From NCBI GenBank assembly GCA_026026165.1, contig JAPEUD010000024.1:124001-188000 (forward strand): a DNA stretch of 64,000 nucleotides. Direction: 5' to 3'. Below the pieces are notes generated by a model. The model ran no database searches and had not been told where the DNA came from. It was given only the letters and a program-made list of their open reading frames with translations. The translations under genes and the position numbers were made by a program. Numbering within the stretch: position 1 is the first letter of the stretch; each line of letters opens with the position of its first letter. This DNA comes from Sarea resinae. Lineage: Eukaryota. Shown in pieces: positions 12,213-25,125 of the stretch.

Positions 12213-15200
12213 TCAGCCGACCCAGCGTCTCGCGCTCCTGAACAAGCGGACCCAGGGCCCAAACTCGCCCCACTCACCCAGCGCCATCCTGCCGTCTTTC
12301 TGGCGCGCGCTCGTCTTGCCGTCAGGGATCCAGCTGCCGACCCCGCCCAGGATGGTGCGCTCGGGATGCGGCATCATGGCCAGGACGCGGCCGTCGGGCG
12401 TGCGCACGGCGGCGATGCCCTGCGGGGACCCGTTCGGGTTGTACGGGTAGCGCTCCGTCGGGTGCAGATAATTGTTGACGTAGCGGACCGGCACGAGACC
12501 GGCTTCGACGAGGTGTGTGGCTGGAGAAGAGGACGAAGGAGAGGCGAAAGAAGCACGGCCCTCGCCATGCGCAACGGCGATGGGAAGCGTGGAGTTATGC
12601 ATGCCATGCAAGAAGACCGACGGCTGCGTCGACGAGCTAGACGGTGGGTCGTGCACGCGCACCATGCAGACGCGCGCCTCGTACTGCTCGCTCTCGTTGC
12701 GCTCAAACGTCGGCCAGTCTTGGGCGCCCGGGATCAGCGCCTTCAGTCGGCTGAGGAATTGGCACCCGTTGCAGACACCGAGCGTAAAGGTGTCTTTTCG
12801 TTCGAAGAAGTTGCGGAACTCGTCGCGCGTGTTGGCGTGGAGGAGGACGCTCTTGGCCCAGCCTTGGCCTGCGCCGAGCACGTCACCGTAGGAGAAGCCG
12901 CCGCAGGCTGCGAGACCCACGTACGACGCCAGGCTTTCTCGGCCCGAGATCAGATCCGTCATGTGAAGGTCGATCGGGGCAAACCCGGCGGCGTGGAAAG
13001 CAAAGGCCATTTCGGCGTGCCCGTTGACACCTTGCTCGCGGAGAATAGCGACACGGGGTTTTGCAGCGAAGGCGGCCGAGATGGTGGTCGTGAGGGGTAG
13101 GACGGTATCTTGGGGCTTGAAGGTGGGATAGTAAGAGAGGCCCGGGTCATTATTGTCGAGGATGTTGCCGTACTCGGCATCTGCGCAGGCTGGGTTGTCG
13201 CGAAGCTTTTGCATTTGGTGTGAGGTACTCGCCCAGCGTTGTTGAAGGGTGGAGCGCGAGGCGCGGTAGACGGTGTCGAGGCCGTAGCGAACGACGAGAT
13301 CTTGCTTGCCAGTGGCTGGGACGCGGCCGATTTTCTTGATGAGTCCCGGCGGTGGGCCACAGGTGGCGAAACAGCGGTGGAACTCGATTTCGTCCTTCTT
13401 GCGGACTTGGAAGACGGCACCGAGTTCTTCGTTGAAGAGGGCTTCCGTGACGTCGGGCACTTCCTTAGAACGGGCGATACCATCCAGCATGATTTCGAGA
13501 CCGCACCGGCCGGCAAACATCATTTCCACCAAGGCGGTCAAAAGACCGCCATCGGATCGATCGTGATATGCAAGGACGATGCCAGATTCGTGCAGTTGTT
13601 GTATGGCGTCATAATAGTCTTTCAGGAGTAAGGTATCGTGCACATCTGGGGCTTCGTCGCCCACCTGGCTGAAAACCTGAGCCAGAGCAGATCCACCAAG
13701 GGCTCGATGGCCTCTTGCAAGGTCGACGAAAACTAGAATCGTTTCTCCGACATCTTCGAACCGTCGTAGTGAAGGAGTCCATGTATTGTCGATTCGTGAG
13801 ACGGGAGCAAAGGCTGAGATGACGAGTGATAGAGGGGCTGTGACTTCCTTCCCTTCCTTCGACTCAGGGTCGGTCCATTTCATCTTCATCGACATCGAGT
13901 CCTTGCCAACTGGTATACTTATGCCAAGTTTTGGACAGAGGTCCATAGCAATAGCCTCGACTGCTTGATACAGGGCAGCGCCTTCGCCTGGATGGCTACT
14001 AGCTGACATCCAGTTCGCAGAGAGACGTACGCGGTCGAGTCCGGTCATGACATCCGCAGCTGCCAGGTTCATCAGAGACTCAGCGACGGCCATTCGAGCG
14101 GATGCAGCCGAAGAAATGAGAGCAATGTTTGGTTTTTCACCCATAGCCATGGCCTCGCCAGTTTTGATGCCAGCTGTGAGTGATGTTGCTGTGACTGAGA
14201 CATCAGCAACTGGCACCTGCCAGGGGCCTACCATCTGATCCCTAGCAGTCAAGCCACCCACGGTCCTGTCTCCGATGGTAATCAAGAATGATTTCGAGCC
14301 GACAGAAGGTAAAGCTAGCACTCTATTGACCGCTTCGTCCAACAGCTGATCGGTAGGGACTTGGGGAACGTAAGACGATAAGCTGCTATCAAAGACGGGC
14401 AACTTCAATTTCCGTGATTCCACCACCCTGGTCATTTTTGGAGGCTTGCCAAATAGGGTAGACATCGGGAGATCGATGACGGTCGGATATTCTTGCGAGC
14501 CTCGATCCGTGAGTATCAGTCGCTTTTCCTCTTCTCGTCCTCCAGTAGCCCTGCCGACGATCGAGTACCCGCAGCGTTCCCTTGTAGCGATATCTCTGAA
14601 TGTCTTCAATCCTTCCTCGCCGATAGCCATCACGTATCTTTCTTGTGCTTCACAGCACCATATCTGCAAAGGACTCATGCTTTTATCTGCATTATCAATT
14701 TCTCTCAACTCAAACTTCGCGCCTAAGCCGGCATCGTGCACCAGTTCAGGCAGCGCGTTCGAGAGTCCTCCGGCTCCAACATCGTGGATAAGCTTGATAG
14801 GATTGTTGTCTCCGAGCGATGCACAAGCATTGATAACTTCCTGTGCCCTTCTCTGGACCTCGGCATTTCCTCTTTGGACACTTGCAAAGTCCAGATCGGC
14901 AGATCCTTCTCCTGAAGAGATACTCGACGCCGCCCCACCACCGAGACCAATAAGCATAGCCGGGCCACCAATCACAACGAGAAACGCGCCTGGGTCGACG
15001 ATGTCGGCATCCTTGAGAGCATGCGAGGGCCTCACTGTCCCTACACCACCAGCAATCATGATGGGCTTGTGATAGCCCCTATATTCCGAAGTGGTGTCGT
15101 CGACCTTGACATTGGTCAACAAAGTCCGGAAATAACCACCCGTGCACGGTCTCCCAAATTCGTTGTTGAATGCTGCACTGCCGATGGGTGCTTCAAGCAT

Positions 15201-16451
15201 GATGTCCAAGCTGCTCGCGATATGAGCTGGCTTTCCTATGTCGATTTCCCAAGGCTGCCTGTGGCCTGGAATCAGTAGATCTGACACATTGAAACCAGAC
15301 AATCCAGCTTTTGGCTTCGAGCCTCTGCCAACAGCACCTTCATCCCGAATCTCTCCACCCGAGCCCGTGGCGGCTCCAGGATAAGGCGATACAGCAGTAG
15401 GATGATTGTGCGTTTCGACCTTGGCCAGATAATGTACCAGTTCCTTCGTCTGGGCCCATTCTCCCGTGGCAACATTTGGAGCCCAGTAACTACCCTTCTC
15501 TCCTTGTAGAACGGCTGCATTGTCACTGTAGGCACTAACAACGTAGTTCGGACTCCGTTTGTGGGTATTTCTGATCATCCCGAAAAGACTGTTCGGTTTC
15601 TTCACTCCATCGATGGTCCACTCGGCGTTAAATTGTTTGTGTCGACAATGTTCGGAGTTGACCTGCGCAAACATGAAGAGTTCAACATCAGATGGGTCCC
15701 TTGCCAGGGGCCCTTCTTGAGAGTACGCGTCGAGTAGATAGTCAATTTCCGACTTATCCAAGGCTAGACCCAGTGTCTTGTTGGTCTCTTCCAGAGCTTC
15801 CCGAGGTGTTGTCCCTCCCTCATTCAGGTGCACGATGCTGACTGGGGCAGCTGCATGCTCTGCGAACATGGTAGACAGGTCTGGCGGCAGTCGGCTGATA
15901 GTTTGGGTCATGCGATCGTGAAGAAGGTCGGCGAATGGGAGATTATTAGGTAGGGGGCTCTCGGATTGAAGTCCAAAGACCATTCCACGCTCAATCCGCT
16001 TGACCGCATCTTCCAGGCCGCACACATGTGCGATACTTGTGGCCTTGGAACTCCAGGGAGAGATCGTCCCGGTCCGGGGGGCGACGTGAAGGATCACTGC
16101 TCCTGTCTCAGTCGGACTGAAGGCCCCGTCAGTGACACATCTACTTGCGTGATGGAGAAACATGTGCTTTCGAATGCCACGGCTGTGTAATGTATCTACT
16201 TACTTTTCGGCCTCATTGACGGCAGCCCTCAGGTCCTGATAAAGAGGATCCTGCCCGTCTGCCGAGTCGCCATACGCCAGAATCTGCTCAAGCACCTGTC
16301 CTTCCTCGATCGTGAGAGGGCGATGGAGATTGACATAATGCACCCAAATCGCCCCCACGGCATCTACTCCGGTCGTGTCCGCAAGATTCGCAAGGCGGAA
16401 ACCAGAGAAGGCGCGGGAGCCCGGGAGGGCAAGATATTGATGCTCCGACAT
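12213..16451 (-). CDS. ADE6: Phosphoribosylformylglycinamidine synthase (large PurL); exons 16451-16204, 16116-12213
   Basis: [62 protein letters not shown]. Intron GTAAGT...CTGAC...CAG. Confidence 0.97.
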
Positions 16452-17646
16452 TGCTGCGTTGGCTCTAGACAGAGACGATCAAGAGCATTGTTCTGGGACA
16501 GGGCTCAAAAACTTGGAGGCGAACCACACGGATTGATAGCTTTCGAGGGATGGAGGGGTCCTGTCTGTCGAAGCGGGGCACAATTTTTCGAAAAGAGAAA
16601 TTAAGGTACGCAGTATAAAGTGGCGCTATTGGACTGCCAGGGCCGCCGGGCTCTAACTATATCCGCGCTTATCCTCAAGCGCGAAGGTAAAGCGGCATGG
16701 CGCGTGCAGCCACATCAAGTGAATCCGAAGAACCTCATGAGTCCTCCCAGCATCCGATGGACATGTAGCAGCTGTCTTCCTCTCCTCCTCGTTCGTTCCA
16801 TCTTGTACATCGTGGATGGGTGTACATGACTCCATGGCAGCACGGTAGCGGTGGTACGCCTTCAAGGAGATGATATGAGGATTGCCAAGAAGCTTGCTGC
16901 ATTCTAGTTGCGTGGTTCTGCGAGAGTCTGAGAGGGTATCACAGTTCGATAGCAGACAACCTTATATTATAGACTATCAGGATGGCCAAGTTTATAGAAA
17001 ATGCCCTCCTTTGTCTCTCTTTCTCCCTACCTAGTCGCTAGCAGTGTATCTATCTCTCTTTAGGCCCGAATATAATACTATTGTTACCAAGTACTCTCAC
17101 CAGAAAGGTGCGTAAGTGAGCATGCAGTGTGGTCTTGAATCTGTGGCTTCAATCAATAAGGAGGAGATTACTTTCTCCATGATCAAGTAATTGCGAACCG
17201 CCCCTCGCTGTCCACTTCAATGACACGAGAGGGCTGATGGATGAATCAAGAGAGCGAGAGCGATATGCCCGTTCTCGGCTCGGGCCCGATGGCCCTACTC
17301 GAGTAGCTTCTGGCCTCGGAAATTCGGTCATGGTGCATCATGTCCCTCTCTTTCGAACCTTGACACCACATATTCAGACTTCCCCGTCTACAGAGACCAT
17401 TGGCGTTGGAGGCACTATTCTCGAATCCCATTGAGCCAACAAGATTGTCTTCACCTCGTTTTGGATATATCTGGACCGGTTTTTACGCTTCGATTCAATA
17501 CAATTGACTCCACCATCTATCCTGTCTAGCCCCACGCGGGGTCCCCACTATACATCGCCCCGCCATCTCCGTATCTGCTACTTATATCATGTGAAGCCCG
17601 CAGTATTATCATCATCATCATCACCACCACCACCGCTAGCCACACA

Positions 17647-18898
17647 ATGCTCGAGTTCCGCACCGAAGGCTTCAACGGCTATGGCGTCAAATACTCGCCC
17701 TTCTTCGACTCGCGCATCGCCGTCGCCGGCTCGGCGAATTTCGGGCTCGTGGGCAACGGGCGCCTGTTCATCCTTGGCTTGACGCCACAGGGCATCGTCG
17801 CCGAGAAATGGTATGCTCTACTGTTCCTTCACTCTTTATAAACCCATGCAAGAGGCGATCAAGGAGTGCTGAATAGCTGGCTCGATTGGCAACAGGTTCG
17901 ACACGCAAGACTCGCTCTACGACGTGGCATGGTCGGAGGCGCACGAGAACCAGATCGTGGTCGCGTCCGGCGACGGCTCGATCAAGCTGTTCGACCTCGG
18001 CGTCAACGACTTCCCCGTGCGGGCATGGCAGGAGCATAAACGCGAGGTCTTCTCGGTCCACTGGAACCTCGTCACCAAGGACACATTCTGTTCGAGCTCC
18101 TGGGACGGAACGGTGAAGATAGTAAGACCTCTCCCCCCCCCTCTTCGGCCATCATCAAGGTCTAGCAAAACCCCATTATCCCATTTCGCTCACCCGATTA
18201 AAAAGTGGTCGCCCACCCGTCCCGACTCCCTCGTCACCCTCCCCACCCACTCCTGCACCTACTCGACCTCCTTCTCCCCACACTCGCCCTCCATCCTGAG
18301 CGCCGTATCCTCCGACTCGCAGCTGCGGCTCTTCGACCTGCGCACGCCGCCCTCGGCACAGAACCACCTTACCTTGTCCATCCCGATCCACGCGCCCCCG
18401 CGCGCCGCCAAGCTCGACCCGGCCCTCGCCGGCCTGAGCCTGACGGCCCCAGCCGAGGCCCTGACGCACGACTGGAACAAATACCGCGACAGCGTGATCG
18501 CGACGGCGGGCGTCGACCGGCTGATCCGCACGTTCGACATCCGCGCCCCGGCACAGGGCCCCGTCGCCGTGCTGCCCGGCCACGAATACGCCGTCCGCAA
18601 GCTCGCCTGGAGCCCGCATCTGCCGGACCTGCTCCTCAGCGCCAGCTACGACATGACATGTCGTGTCTGGAGCGATGGCAGCGCCATGGGCCACGGAAGC
18701 AGCCCACAATTACCAAATCCGGCCACCGGCGGCGGAGGCGGTGGAGCGGGAGCGAGGGAACTGGGCCGGATGAATCGCCACACGGAATTCGTGACGGGTG
18801 TCGACTGGTGTCTTTTCGGCGCCGAGGGCTGGTGCGCCAGCTGTGGCTGGGATGAACGACTGCTGGTCTGGGACGTCCGGGCCATCATGGGGCAGTAA
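17647..18898 (+). CDS. PEX7: PTS2 receptor Pex7 (WD40); introns 17811-17895 and 18122-18205
   Basis: MLEFRTEGFNGYGVKYSPFFDSRIAVA, ANFGLVGNGRL, SSWDGTVK, DWNKY, HEYAVRK, SASYDMTCRVW, HTEFVTGVDW. Confidence 0.95.
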
Positions 18899-19409
18899 CG
18901 TCTACGCGGTGTGCGTGCGATGGGATAAAAACAGTCGTTGTGGTGGTGGTGGTGGTGGTGGTGGTGGTGGATGGACGAGAGAGTGAGACGTCTGGTGCTG
19001 GCCATGGGCAAGAAAAACGCGATCTGTCTACTTTTTTTACTCATCTGGCTGGGCTTTTTGGCACACGGCGTTCGGGCATGTAGCATATGACGGAGTGGGA
19101 GGCGCGAGATTTTGGATCGAGAATGCGAGGATACCGTTCTTCTTGGCGGCTTTTGTCTTTTGTGCAAGGGTGCTTGCTTGCTCGCTCGCTCCCCTTGATC
19201 ATGCACGGAATGTCTGGAAACCTAAATAGGATGATTTCCAGAAGAGAACAACCCCATTGTTTTGAATATCCTGGTATTGATTCAAAATAAGATCAAGTAG
19301 GCAGTCATCTATCGCCGATCCAGCCACACAAACGAGACGACACATCATCTCGAGTTTCGTTTTCGTTTTTTGTTTTCGTTCCCGGGTGTGTTTCTCCCCT
19401 CTCCAAACT

Positions 19410-20355
<946 letters not shown>

Positions 20356-21018
20356 GCTGTCTTTGTCTTTGAACGGGACTTTGAGGGTGATGTATGTCTC
20401 TGGTAGAGTGCAGCTATCGTTGGATGGTGGACGAGAGTGTGAGAGATGGACAGCAACAATATGGGGTGTGGTGTACGGTGATGGTTGGGGGAGGTGGTGC
20501 CTTGCGTCAGGTACGACGCAAGTCGCGAATACATTGGGATACGTGGGGCAGAGGGGCCGAGGGGCAGCTTGGAGCTACTCGAGTATAAAAATAGGTATCC
20601 ATGTCACTGGCAATGCATCTCTGCGGCTACGTCTGCGCCAACCTTGAACGCTTCTTGAAGACGCCGCCGTCCCAAGAGTCAATAAAGACTCGGGAAGCAA
20701 GCAAGATTCTGACATCAAGACCTAATGAGACATCCGTGAGGCCACAACAGATGTGGCACTCGCTCTGCGGAGAGCATCTCAAGTCTAGAAGGATATCCGC
20801 GAGGCAAACGCTCTAGATGACCACGACAAGAGAACAGCAACAAGATGTCGCGCATGGAAGTGGGTGAATAGACCAAAAGCGGCCCACGAGTACGAAGCAC
20901 TGATGCCGCCGTCATATTGAGAAACGAAAATGCCAATCAGAACGCCGCCGCCACAAATGCCAAAATCGAAGACTCCCATCCATGCAAATCCTGAAATCGA
21001 AGATACCAGGCACTACAA

Positions 21019-22601
21019 TCATCCTTCGACGCCACCATCCACTAATGGATCGTCCTTGGCCTTCCACCTCGCGACCATAGCTTCTTCGACGCTATTTCTT
21101 CGACCCCAATTCCGGGGCTGTCGTTTGAGGAATGCGCCGACCGCTCCTAGGTAGCCTTCGTGGCGGAGAAAATATGCTACTTTCTGGCCATTGGACCAGA
21201 ATTTGATGGCATATGAAAGAGTGTTCATTGTCTGGCGATGGCCGCGAATGAATGAGCCGCCAAAGTAGATGCGTGCGAGGTTATGCTTTTCGGATTGAAG
21301 ATAGGCAATTTGACCGATGTTATTGCTGTTTTAAACATCAGCTCACCTCTTTGAACGTCGTATAGAACAAGGCCATGTTACTTACCTGATAGCATAGAGT
21401 AGGCTTCGACTGATGTCCTCAGAAGCGAAGCCAGCAGTCCCTCGAATCTTTTCACTTTCTCCTCGGGTTTTGACGGCCCCGCCATCTCCAATGGCTAGGC
21501 CACCAAGATCCTCTGCTACTTTCTCCGCATCTTGCTTTTGCTTGAACACCTTGCCAAAACTACTGGCAATAGTGGTACTCTTCAGCCCGATTTTGGAGTA
21601 CCCAGTGCCGTATATATCTCCCACTAGCATGTCTACTGCGCTATTATCCCCTCGGTCGGCCATTCCCAGCATCTCATCAAAGCTCTTCGCTCCGGTCATT
21701 AAAGATAGGAGGCCCCATAATGTTCCACCCCCAAGAGAAGTTCCGCCGATTCTTTCGTAGGCTGTGGGGCCAGAGACCTTGATCATGGAAACGCCCGATC
21801 CAATATTGACGAGAAGGTAAGGATATATATCGGTGCGAGCTTCGGCAAATTGCATCGGATCGGCCTCACTGTATGTGAAGACTTCACAGGGGATTTCCGT
21901 AATAAAGAAGTCCAAACCTAAATTTTTCAGGTCAACTTCGATGAACAAACCATTGGTAGTATTTCCTCCGGATCACGAACCAATGATCAAGCATTCCATC
22001 TCATCTTCTCGCAGCACTTCTACCCCCAACGCCTCTTTTATCTTATCGTAGTATTTGAAAGCCCCACCCCCAGTCGCCATCACGCAGAGCGCTCCAGGCT
22101 GCGAGCCATTGAGCTGCTGCTGTTTGCTCTTCAGCCGCTGCATGAATTTGATACAAGCGTCTATATCCTCGGTCTCGAACTTCATAAAGTTCAACCGGCC
22201 GCCCGGCTCCGTCGAGTGCGGTTCACGGGAGAAGTATACCAATTTGGCCAGAGATCCACCAATCTAAGAAACCCCCCCAGATTGACATTAGCCCCTGTTC
22301 TGACAGAACCCCAGAGAGATCGGAAGATACGCACATCCACAGCTATATGGCTCACCACCGCCGTATGGTTCGGTAACCGGATATCCTTGGTCTCGTGCTG
22401 CGGCATGCTCCCTTCCACATCGCCCAATGCGCCATTGGGCGAACTCGGCTCATCATCGACGATGAACGCGCCTTTGACATTGATTCGCACGTTGCCGGGA
22501 TGCGTGATGGTATTGTCTATGGTCGAGGTGTCCGTCCGCGGTCGCTGGGGTCGAACGGGCTCAGCCGAGACCGCAGCAGCATCGCCGTGAGATGACTGCA
22601 T
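21019..22601 (-). CDS. CAB1: Type II pantothenate kinase (fumble family); introns ~22334-22264, ~21981-21919, ~21386-21327
   Basis: [90 protein letters not shown]. Confidence 0.95.
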
Positions 22602-23422
22602 GGTTGCGACGGGGGACGGCGAGACGGCTTCTCCGTGGGGAGTCGGGCGCGCAATAGGAAGATCTCTCTCTCTTCAGGGAGATCGATCTATTCGCTTTGC
22701 TCAATCAGGATCGGCTCCTGTTATATTCCCCTGGTCTTTTCTTCTGCTATCCTACGTCGTTGTAGGTAGCAGATCAGGGCATGTTTTGTTGGGAGCTCTG
22801 TCTGGTGGGGGAAAGACCGCTATCAACATCATTATCAATTTGATCGGTTACGGCACGCGAGTACGGACTGAGTGAGCAACCTCGGCCAAAATGGGTATCT
22901 GGAAATAGTAGCCCCGATAGGGCATCGGCCATGCGCATCCTGGAATGCTAGCACCCCAGTCCATGGATTGGAGATATACAGTATCTAATGCTCTACTGCT
23001 TTTCCGACCCAAACCGATGGCCGCTTCCAATGGCCCTCAAGATGCCATTCTCGAAGCATCCCTCGACATGGACGGAGAAGCGCATGAAAGCGTTGAGTAA
23101 AAGGTGGGAAGCTTTCTCCGAAGTGCAATGCTTGGCAATAGTGGAGATGTTCGAAGACGACCATGTAGGACAAGAAATGCTCACGCAGGCTCAGCGAAGT
23201 TTCACGATTCTTTGGCAGCGGTCAACCTCGAACATTTATGGAAGCTAGGTGTAATTTGAAGATGTGTATTTATGTACAGACCTCCACTATCCATATGCAA
23301 GATGCTTTTAGAAACCGGGGAGATGACTTATATGCACATGCGCACAATAGACAGCCCATGCGAAAGCACTGGCTCTGTCTGTACCAAAGACACGACAAGA
23401 AATCAGCAGCAGAATCCCTGGC

Positions 23423-24181
23423 TTATATACTGCCATTGACAGCCTTCTTGCCCCCCTGCTTCTCCACATAGCTCACGAGGTCCTCAATTGTGCATACCTT
23501 AAGTCCCCATTTCTTCCCAAAGGCTAAGCAACCATCTCTCCGCATCATCCCGGGAGCGCTCCTCTCCGCCTTGCCCTCAACCTCTGCCCCATCTTCGACC
23601 AGTTCGCAAATCGCACCCGCCGGCGACTTCCCGGCCAGCCGGCAGAATTCGACCGCTGCCTCCGTATGTCCCGGTCGTTCCAATATACCGCCTTCTCGCG
23701 CTCGTAATGGAAGTACATGACCTGGCCGGCGGAACGAGTCCGGGCGCGCAGAGGGCGAGGCCAAGGTCCGACAAGTGAGCGCGCGGTCATGGCTGGAGAT
23801 ACCCGTAGTCGTGAGCGGGGAGTTGGCATCGACGGAGATGGTGTAAGCGGTTCGGTTTGGGTCGGCATTGGCGACGACCATTTGTGGGAGGTCGAGAGAG
23901 ACGGTCGAGCTCGGTGGTAGGGGTGCGCAGATGAAGCCGCTGGTGTGCCGGATCATGAAGGCCATCTTTTCGGTCGTGACGTCTTCTGCAGCGATGATGA
24001 GATCGCCTTCATTTTCGCGATCTTGCGAGTCGAGCACTACTATGAATTCGCCTCTTCCTGTGTAGACAATGAGAGGTAAGCAAGCAGAATAAGCAGGTTG
24101 AAGAGAATATCTCGAAGGTGACTTACTGAATGCGTCTATACTGTCTTCTATAGAGTCGAACTGCGTCTCTGAGGAAGGCAT
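23423..24181 (-). CDS. RIB3: 3,4-dihydroxy-2-butanone-4-phosphate synthase; intron 24126-24058
   Basis: FDSIEDSIDAF|RRGEFIVVLDSQDRENEGDL, TAYTISVD, TGISSHDR, RRPGHVLPL, GHTEAAVEFCRLAG. Confidence 0.95.
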   Translation of the reverse strand: MPSSETQFDSIEDSIDAFSKSPSRYSLQPAYSACLPLIVYTGRGEFIVVLDSQDRENEGDLIIAAEDVTTEKMAFMIRHTSGFICAPLPPSSTVSLDLPQMVVANADPNRTAYTISVDANSPLTTTGISSHDRALTCRTLASPSARPDSFRRPGHVLPLRAREGGILERPGHTEAAVEFCRLAGKSPAGAICELVEDGAEVEGKAERSAPGMMRRDGCLAFGKKWGLKVCTIEDLVSYVEKQGGKKAVNGSI

Positions 24182-25125
24182 ATTGAATGCGCCGGATGAC
24201 CCTCTTCTTTGCCTGTACGTTTCCTTGGTAAACGCTTTACTGCGCCCGGATGTTTCCAACGCCAATTGTATACCTTTTCAAATGCAACGATTCAGGAAAT
24301 CGACGGCTTTACTCTTTGAGATCGGTCGTTGACTGATTCGCGCCTTGAGGATCGGTAAGTAATTTGTATGACTGACAGAACTGTGGGGTGGAGGGGCATC
24401 TCCCGAGACATCGGCCACAGGCGGACCGATAATTTTAGCGGACGCAGCAGTCCGTGGATGGGCCTGAGCCTCCAACAACCTTGCATCACTGATCAATACC
24501 TTAAGTCTATGACCCGTGCTATTGCTATCGTGCAGGATTACTCGGATTCTGCTCTATCGGAGTATTTAACGAAAGTCCTGAAGTGTTTCGAGATCTTTAT
24601 CCGCTCGATTATAGAGACCTGATGTCGAAGGTATCAAGGGCACAATTTACTTCATACCTTGTAAGTTTCTACGGAGCAAAACGGTCGAGACCCAGCAATG
24701 GACCTTGATTTGTTGATCCTTGTCCACTTGGCTGTTGCGCATACATTTACAGGCACCAAGTACGTTAATGTAAACATGTAGATTGATTGAAGTAATCAAC
24801 TCGTTTTGATAATCTAACGATCCGTTACCCCCGAGCACAGCGAAGACAAACCGGTCTTCTGCTGGCTTCCCATACACCGAAGGAAATGATTATAAGTACA
24901 ATCCAGACACCACTATATGAGAAACCGTTTCAACGACTTATCCTTAGCCTCTTCCGACGAGTTTTCGGAGATTTTTTGCAAAGCCTTCTTTCGCTAGTAA
25001 AGTTCTCACTAGACCGGAAAGACACCTTTGATTGTGCCTTCAATCCGCTTTCTCGTAGCGTTCTCACCACGGAAGACATTCCGGTTCGAACCTGGGCACT
25101 ATCCGCGTGAGACAATCCTTTCAGA

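Noticed and set aside
22988..23248. 86-aa ORF between pantothenate kinase and RIB3
   Set aside because: No motif, no splice support, and a length compatible with chance.
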